DNA of 61,033 bases, the filler included, from Basidioascus undulatus (taxonomy: Eukaryota): NCBI GenBank assembly GCA_000826855.1. It is 8 parts of 8 records of this genome, joined end to end, with 100 filler letters (N's around TTAATTAATTAA, not from the genome) between each part and the next. Parts side by side here need not be neighbours in the genome. Positions count along the whole stretch, not along the records: positions 51,095 to 56,014 come from JTLS01002044.1; positions 56,115 to 61,033 come from JTLS01002045.1; 6 more parts are not named here. One strand, 5' to 3'. A program made the translations under genes and the position numbers. Position 1 is the first letter of the stretch. Every line of letters begins with the position of its first letter. The notes below the pieces were generated by a model. It made no database searches. It was not told the origin of the DNA and saw only the letters and a list, made by a program, of their open reading frames with translations. Positions 53,644 through 61,033 of the stretch are shown here, piece by piece.

Positions 53644-55030
53644 TCAGTACCACCCCTCCAGCCTCGGCAATCTCGCCTCAGGCAATATCTAAGAAGTTGA
53701 GAACGATCATGCCCGCACCTTCTCCATGTTGACCTGCAATCCGAGCAGCCGCGTCAGACAGAACTGGATGGGAGCTGCTGAGAACAAACGTCCCACCTGA
53801 TGCGTGAAGTGGGTCCCGTCGAACGACGCAGCGCGGTCCGTGACATTGTACAGTACCAGTACGCCCGCCGCGCCATCGACCATCTCGCCCGGGCTGAGCT
53901 CCTCAAACGCCTCAGCGACCTCCTTGTTATAGCGCTGCACTGCCTCGGGCCCCTGTCCATCCAAATATCCCACTATCAGTTCCCTCTCGCTACTTCACAA
54001 TAATGTCAGCATGACCGACGCACCTGCGAACGCACATATGCGCCGGCTTGTTCCACTGCGGCGCCCTGAGCTGCTGCGAGACCTGCACGGGCGGGGGGCT
54101 CGCCGCGTCTTCTCGCCCGAAAGGGCTTGATTATCCCCTCGACTGTGACTGCGGTGTTCAGGTTCCAGTACAGCTCGCCCGCGTCGATCATGACTGGCCT
54201 GAGCGCCCGACGCGCGTCGGGCAGCGCGTCGACGGCTGCGCGGTACGCGTCGAGTCCATCGACGCCGTATCTGTTTTCCCCTTCCTAATAAGCCCTGTAA
54301 TAGTACGAAGATAAAAGGGAAGGCTGAGGGGAGAAGAGGACGCACGTGTGATGCAAGCGAAAGTCGAGCTTCCCCCCGCAGAGCTGGTCGGCCGCTTTGA
54401 GGAGGTCTGCGGAGCTGTAGGGGATCCAGGAGTGGCAGCGCTGGTGCGTATCAAACATGTCGTTGCCCGTGCAGAGCTCGCCGTGCGAGGTCACCCCGCC
54501 GTCGGGGCGGTCGCGGAGGAGGATGAGGAGGGCGCCGGTGAAGTGGCACATTAGGCCGGGGGCAGTATGCTCATCAGAAACAGGGCCTCTAATTTAGTTC
54601 GAGAGTTGGAAAGTGGAAGGTCGCACTGTCGCCATGGATAAAGAACGTTCCCGCGAAGGCCGAATGGAGGTCGCAAGCCTCCGCGGCAGAGAAGACGTGC
54701 AGGGGTCGCACCCGGGCAAGTCGAAAGAAACTTCGAAGTGCGCCATCGGATGATGGGAGTCTTGCGTGGCGTTTCGTGAAAGCGCATCAGGGCCTATGCG
54801 AGCTTGCGAGAGTGCATGGAGGTACTGCCAGGAGGAGCAGCCTCGCGGGGAGTAATACGGGGGAGGAGCGAGCGCGCGCCGACGCGCGTTGGAGGGGGGG
54901 GTCGGGGGGGAGCGGGAGGATGAGGGGGAGGGATAAAGTCGAAGGTATACTCGTCGATAATTTGATAGATGTTTGTGCGGGCTCCGGGATGGTACGTGAT
55001 GCTCGCGAGGACAACGAGCACTATCGCGGT
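53644..55030 (-). pseudogene. Type II membrane SGNH/PC-esterase-like (GDS...DxxH) protein, disrupted
   Basis: N-terminal hydrophobic anchor, HVFSAAEACDL..FFIHGDS, HFTGALLILLRD, SFDGTHFTHQVNMEK, IVLNFLDIA*GEI. Frameshifts at about 54705 and 53715, and a premature TGA at 53678-53680. Confidence 0.65.
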
Positions 55031-55887
55031 GCTGACAACTGCAAGGCGGCAGAAAGTCAGAAAGGGTGCATAAGCTCTGTCGTGATGTAGCTCGAGGAAG
55101 GAGGAGTCTGCGCACCCATAGTCTGTTCTTGTAAAATATTGATGAGCTATACATTCTATACAGGGGCGTTATGTGAGGATGTGAGAGGAAACGAAAAGGG
55201 ACGCCGTTCGCAGGTTCGAGCCTTGTGGGCCCAGCGTGCAACGAGAGTTCAATCCAGACACGCGTAGCCGCTGAGCTTGCGCCGATGCACATTTGCTTGG
55301 CCGTCATGCTGCCCGTCGTGAGATTCCATATAAGGGAAGTATTGAGGGTTGCTTGTGTAGACCACACTGCCGGAAGGATGTCATTGGAACATTGCTTCGT
55401 GATGTTACTTGCAGCTGCCAGGCTGACTGCAGGCTGCTTGGCCATGCACACTCGTGCATGAGTACCTTGGCTCGCAGCGGGTCAGACAGCATACCGAGCG
55501 CTATACAAAATCCCAGGACACACAAACGTCCATTATCAGTCCTCCCTGTAGCGGAATTCAGCCTGATGGGACGAACGAACCAACTGTCTGAAACGGCACC
55601 CAAAAGCAAGAGTGGCTCGACACCCGTTGATGGTCCTCTCAGGTTAACAAATGACTTGTTGTTGGATACAAAGCACCACATCCCCGATCTTGTGAGGTGG
55701 AAGGGGGCAAGGGCGAGGGGGAAAAGGGTGTTCCCACTCCGAATGTTTTGTATTATTTGGCAGAGCTCCTGCGCTTCGCCAACTCGCAAGGACTTTATAT
55801 GTGCTGCGTAGCGTCCCGCTTCCTTGACTTTGTTCCTCCGTCACATCCTCACCATCGTCCGCACCGTCTTACCTTCCAGCATCCATC

Positions 55888-56014
55888 ATGACTCGTCCGA
55901 TGTCGTACCCAACCACGACGACGACGACGACGACCGCCCCCCGCGCCGCCGGCTTCCCCAGCACATACGCGCCCCTCCCGACCGTGGCGACCCCTCTGCG
56001 CTACTACGCCCCAC
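55888..56014 (+). CDS. N-terminal fragment of hypothetical protein (poly-Thr from an ACG repeat)
   Basis: ATG in CATCATG context; frame MTRPMSYPTTTTTTTTAPR stays open to the contig edge. Confidence 0.35.
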
Positions 56015-56114
56015 NNNNNNNNNNNNNNNNNNNNNNNNNNNNNNNNNNNNNNNNNNNNTTAATTAATTAANNNNNNNNNNNNNNNNNNNNNNNNNNNNNN
56101 NNNNNNNNNNNNNN
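56015..56114. other. Artificial contig linker
   Basis: Same 100-nt spacer. Confidence 0.98.
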
Positions 56115-56271
56115 GGTCCACAGCAACCTCGTGAAGCGCGCTAACGCCCTCGCCCTTACTTCCGACGACTCGACTATCCTCACCGCCGAGCTCCCCGTCG
56201 CAGCCCTCAGCTCCCTCCTCGCAGGCGTGGGGGTCGTCGCGCTCTTCAACGCTGTGGGGGTGTTTGTTTGA
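56115..56271 (+). CDS. OST5: Oligosaccharyltransferase subunit Ost5/TMEM258, C-terminal part
   Basis: ELPVAALSSLLAGVGVVALFNAVGVFV* parallels the TMEM258 C-terminus (EL..SLVASLF.GFGV.FL...VGIYV). Confidence 0.75.
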
Positions 56272-58079
56272 GCTTGGAGGGGATGGGGAGAGGGGAGGGA
56301 GGGTGAGGGGGAGACGCGCATGATACCCATTTGATTCGAGCGCACAGCAGTGCGCTGGCAACTCGACCGCTCATGCTCACGTCTTCACACTAGATCAGTC
56401 GATTCGCCCTTTTCGCGCAGCTCTCTCGCACGCAACTCACACCCATCACGACCGTCCTTCTCGCCGAACGCCCGTTCTCCCTTCCGCTCGCCGGCGTCCA
56501 CCTCGAAACGACGCTCCACCCTTTCTCCTCAACATCGCACGCACCTAGCGCACTCTCCCCCTCCCATCCTCTCAACTTTCACCCGCTTTTTCTCACGGCC
56601 TTTGCTGCCACTCCCAACCGCTTGCGCTTTCGCTTTCACGCGGCGCAGACCCTCTCGCTCAAGCGCGAACACGCCCTCCGCTTGGCAGCCCGACCGTGTC
56701 CCCGTCTCTCCATTCCTCTTTCCATGATCGATGAGGTATCTTGTGTTGACCTCGACGTGCTAACTATGGAGTGCGGGGGGTTTGTTGGGAAGGTCAGATG
56801 CGGTTTTGTACCCCCTCGCTTGCTCGGCGGCGGACCCGATCACGCTGTGCACGGCGTCGTATCGCATTGTCCGAGTCGCTCACGCACACCACCCAACCTC
56901 ACTGACCTCCATCACATCGCCTTGCATAGCACAGCATCACATCGCCTCGTCGCCTTCACTTGCTAACCGCCCAACCCGCCACATCCCCTGCCCAGCGACA
57001 CGTCTTCCCCTCGCTCGACCGGGCACCGGGCACCGGACACCACGTGCGGGCCTGTGTGACTTCGATCCCGAGAGCCTGTCGCTACGGGTGCGGCTGCGCA
57101 GGCGGGTGCGATTCCAGTCGAGATCGGACGAGCAGTGCGCCCGTGCCGCTCGCACGCTTCCTCGCTTCCCTCCCTTTCCTTTGATCGCCCATCCCACACA
57201 GCCGCCCGATATCTCACCTCCGTAGTTCATCGCATGTCACTCCGCCAGCGTGCTCCGCGAATGGTTCAATCTTCCAAGCAGGCCCCAAGGATCCAGCCAG
57301 CCGCTGCTCGGCTTAACCCCAACCTGACTCAATGCCCTCCGACTTTCGCTCAGTCCCTTTCAATTCCTTTCATTCGCGTCCATGTCCCAAATTCCGCTTT
57401 TCTTCCCACTCCACTTCCATCGTCCGTGAACGCACCCCTAGCGCATCGGCCATCCCGCCCCACGCGTAGTCTGTCCTATCGGCATGGGCTTCCGGCCGCA
57501 AGGGCCTGCCTGGCCAGTGCGCTCATACAACACAAGCGTCCTTCTTGCCTCTAAAGTCCCTTCGGTCTTCGACTCTCCCGATGGACGATCCGGCCTCTGG
57601 TTGCAACCTTGGCGGACCTCTGTCTGCGCTGCCGACGTTCGCAGCGGTGACATGCATTCCCTACGTTGCTCAGTCGTACCTGACTGCCACAAAACGCGAA
57701 ACCCTTTCGATATTGCGCAATCGACGGCATAGATGATGATTACCTCGTCTCGTCATTCTCGGTTGGGATCAGCACAGCTGCGGGCAGACCGAGGGCAAGC
57801 TCGTCGGACGAGCAGCTGCCACAGCAATACTGCCTGTGCAAGAACACGCGAAATTTGATCGGGGGGCTTCAATATACAGGATAAATGAATGCGGAACGAT
57901 GCGAGGGAAGAGAAACAGGAGGCGTAGCGACGGGCAAGGCGGGGAAGGAAACAGCACACAGCGACACGCGGTTGGCCAGGCGTCATCGCCTGTTGTAATA
58001 AACCTCAGCCCTGAAGATCATCGCGACAGCGAATCTTGCTCAGCCAAACCTTAAATGCAAGGAAAAGAGCCAGCTACGC

Positions 58080-58785
58080 ACCGGTACCACAGCCCATGGT
58101 TGCTGAGGACCACGCCTGCAAGGAAGGCGTGAACAGGAGTGGCGTCCAGTGTCATTTGTGAAGGCCGGCCGCTGGCTTCAGCACTGACATTACCCAGCCA
58201 GTTTCCTCATACCTTCACAATGCCAAAAAAGAGGGTATGTCAGATTTGAGGGTAAGATATGTTTCAGCTAAGGATGCAGTTCAGGTACAACGCGAGGCTA
58301 CACCCCCTTGCAAGTTCTCGAGGGCGTGGCACGCTGTCGCCTCCTGCTGCGCGCATTCTTCGCGCGTAAGTGGAGGTTCGAGGTGCGAAACAGGACAGAA
58401 CCGAGGGTCGGCGAGCTTGATGCAGAGCGTAGTGCTCGAGCGTCCGTTGTCAGGCCTTCAGGTCGTTACAAACGCCTGCGACCACGCGGAGGGTCCGTTT
58501 GGTGAGCCTGATGTGGGCGCTGGAAGCCTCGAATGGAGGCTGAGCATGCTTGAGTCCAGAAGGCCCGTCTTCGAGAGAGGGCGGCGAAGGAGAGGGCGGC
58601 GAAGGAGGCAAGGCAATGGGAGCGGGACAGGACAAGACGCTGCCGGGACCGTGCGGTCGACTGAATGTGCTGAAGGCTTGGAGGCTTGCTGCTTTTCTGC
58701 TCATCACCCATCGAGTCATCGAGCAGCGGAACATGATTGAGCCACCGATCACTGATGGACAGAGGGAACGCGAAACAAAGGACAT
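58080..58785 (-). pseudogene. Protein-kinase-like pseudogene, copy A (internally deleted)
   Basis: Paralogue of 59227-60240 (GSVLSCPAPIALPPSPP; EATACHALENLQGGVASRC). The catalytic HRD/DFE region is absent. Confidence 0.65.
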
Positions 58786-59226
58786 GGTGAGGGGGCAAGC
58801 CTGGGGGGAGGTCGGCCTGAACTGGGCAACCCCCTGACGTCTTCAATGGGGCCCGCCCAATTCATGCTTGGGATCCAATTTTCCTCCTCCTCCCAATAAG
58901 CAGTGTTTGAAAATCAATCAAGGAGAATAAAAATTCTGCCATGGTCACAACTTGATCCAAGTTTGTCCGTCCAAAAGGAAGCTGAAGGGGTACATGCTAC
59001 TTCAGGCTGCACAGCAATTCTGGGTATACCAGAATATTTGATGTACAGAAACTGAATAACGAGCACGATCACACGGCGCAGAGTACAAGACAGATGGAAA
59101 CAAGAGAACAGAAACAGCGGGCACATTGGCGTTTAGGCATCATTGCATGTCATAATAAACTTCATCCCTGAAGATAGTTGCAAAAGCACTCTTGTTCAAT
59201 TCAGCACGCAGTCCCGGGAAAGAACT

Positions 59227-60240
59227 TCAGGTACGCACCGGTACCACAGCCCAGCGCAGGGTGAGGCCTGCAGAGTCAAACGCGTCGCGGAGTTCGGTCT
59301 CGTCCAGTGTGGAATCGTTTGGGAGCCTTTGGGAGCGCTTATGCAGCGGCAACAAAGGAGGTGGGACCTCAAGCGAGCGATGGAACTCGAAGTCAATGAA
59401 GACAACCTGAGGCTTGTCCTCGCGTGTGCTGCACGAGGCTATTGCACGGTGCGACATCGCGATGCGCAATGCCGTACTGGTGGATGCGTTGAGCGCGTCG
59501 AACGAGAGCTTCGCGAGTTGAAGAGCCTCAGGCGTGGGACGGTAAAGCCTGCTTGCGGGCTCGCGTCCGGTGAAGTCAGGGAGCAGGGTCTTGAGGGTAT
59601 GCGCATCATATGAACTCGAGCAGAACCTGGCGTGAATGGGGGGTCCAGTGTCATCTGAGTAAAAGCCAATTGCTCCCGTCAGCGCCATAATAACTCAGCC
59701 GGTTTTTGCATACCTTTATGATGACGAGAAAGTGGGGAATGACGCATCTGAATGCAGAGGACATGCTTCAACGCGAAATGCGGCCAGAAACAACGGGAGG
59801 CAACATACCCCTGCAACTTGCGGAGGGCACGGTACGCGCTCACCTCCGTTTCTGCGAGTTCCTCGCATTGCGGAAGGCAATATCGGCCGGAAAGAAGCGG
59901 TCGTCAATGATCTTGACATAAAGCGTCGCGCTCGGGCGTTCGTTGTCGGGTGTGCAGGTCGCAACGAACAGCTGCGACCACGCAAGAAGACCGTCGGCGA
60001 GCTCTTTGATGAGCTCGACTTCGGCGCTGGAATCCTCGAAAGGAAGCCGAGCACGCCTCAACCGGGAAGTCCCGGCGGTGAGAGGGGGCGGTGAAGGAGG
60101 CAAGGTGATGGGAGCGGGTCAGGACAAGACACTGCCGAGGCCATAGGGTCGCTTGAACGTGCTGATGGCCCGGTGGCTCGCTGCTTGTACCTGTATGCTC
60201 ATGGCCCACCGAATAATTGGGCGGCGGATTATTGATAAGC
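59227..60240 (-). pseudogene. Protein-kinase-like (fungal PKL) pseudogene, copy B
   Basis: LYVKIIDDRFF, EVSAYRALRKLQG, YGIAHRDVAPCN and PQVVFIDFE lie in shifting frames; TGA at 60119-60121. Confidence 0.75.
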
Positions 60241-61033
60241 CGTGCCGTCTGGGGAAAGAAAGCTTGAGCGACAGGATGCACCGAGGGATCGGGGAGCGAC
60301 CTGGGCTCCTTCGACGGCTTCAAAACGCACAAGTAGCGCGCGCCGCCCTCAAAGCATTGCCGCCTTCATTCCCAGGATCCGCTCCTCACATGAACCCCTT
60401 TTTCCTCCTTGAGAAAAGTGCTGAAGGAAGGTGCAACGCCACTAGATTATGAACGTTCCGCAGGGTGGCTGAGGACCCAGTGTTTTACCTTCCCCGTTAC
60501 CGTGCCGCACAACTTTTATAAAGGGTAATGACACAAACACTGATTTTTAGGGAAAACGTGGCCCCCTGTTGGACCTTTGCGTAGCAATGTATACACCCTT
60601 GTCGTACGATCCCGCCGTGGTTACAATCAACATGAGTACAGGTAGCTCTCAAGATATAATCTTGGCTCAAACAGCCAGGCCAGTCGCTATCCCAGCTCTT
60701 AAGCGACTTGGACCGGCTTTCATTGACGCGACGCAGGTCAGCATAGCCCAATCCTAAAAATGAATAGCAGCTCGATTAGTCACTTACCGAACAACCAACA
60801 CCGAGGAGACCGTTCTGGTAGACGTTGTCGCAGCACACGGGGCTGCTGTCGCACTGGCCGGAGACTGCGCCTGCGATCACGGGAACCTGAGAAACGAAGC
60901 ACAAGTCAGCAGGAGGCCTCGCCAATTGAACAGGTCGCAATATTTACCTGGTTGCAGTTGATCCCAACTTGGCCGGCAATGCTCCCGACATTGAGAAGAC
61001 CGCCAAAAAGCTGATTGGAAAGAAAAAAAAGCT

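Noticed and set aside
30960..61033. A detoxification or secondary-metabolism cluster (GST, DJ-1/InhA, NmrA, SGNH)
   Set aside because: These genes lie on different concatenated contigs (only NmrA and SGNH share one), and no backbone biosynthetic enzyme is present.

Overview
This is eukaryotic, GC-rich, intron-dense fungal DNA. Gene families and splice signals point to Basidiomycota; the exact lineage cannot be determined. The window is not one locus. It is eight contigs joined by identical 100-nt N/TTAATTAATTAA/N linkers, so gene neighbourhoods only mean something within a contig. Apparently intact or gap-truncated genes: an inositol polyphosphate 5-phosphatase, a bHLH-ZIP transcription factor, a PPR-like protein, an F-box protein, an AP-4 epsilon-like adaptin, HMT1/PRMT1, RVS161, a PQ-loop protein, RCM1/NSUN5, an ApsB/Mto1-like protein, a DJ-1/InhA-like C-terminus, an NmrA-like protein and OST5/TMEM258. 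Interspersed are many frameshifted or stop-interrupted accessory genes: DUF1996-WSC, F-box/LRR, GST, MYND, SGNH esterase, two tandem kinase-like copies and several orphans. The most notable signals are this selective gene decay, repeated GC-AG introns, microexons down to 5 nt, an AP-4 epsilon-like gene in a dikaryan fungus, and an 18-bp array with a palindromic core. I found no CRISPR array, rRNA, tRNA or recognisable transposon, and no multi-gene novel system that I can support. Exon boundaries were read by eye, and family assignments come from remembered motifs, not database searches.
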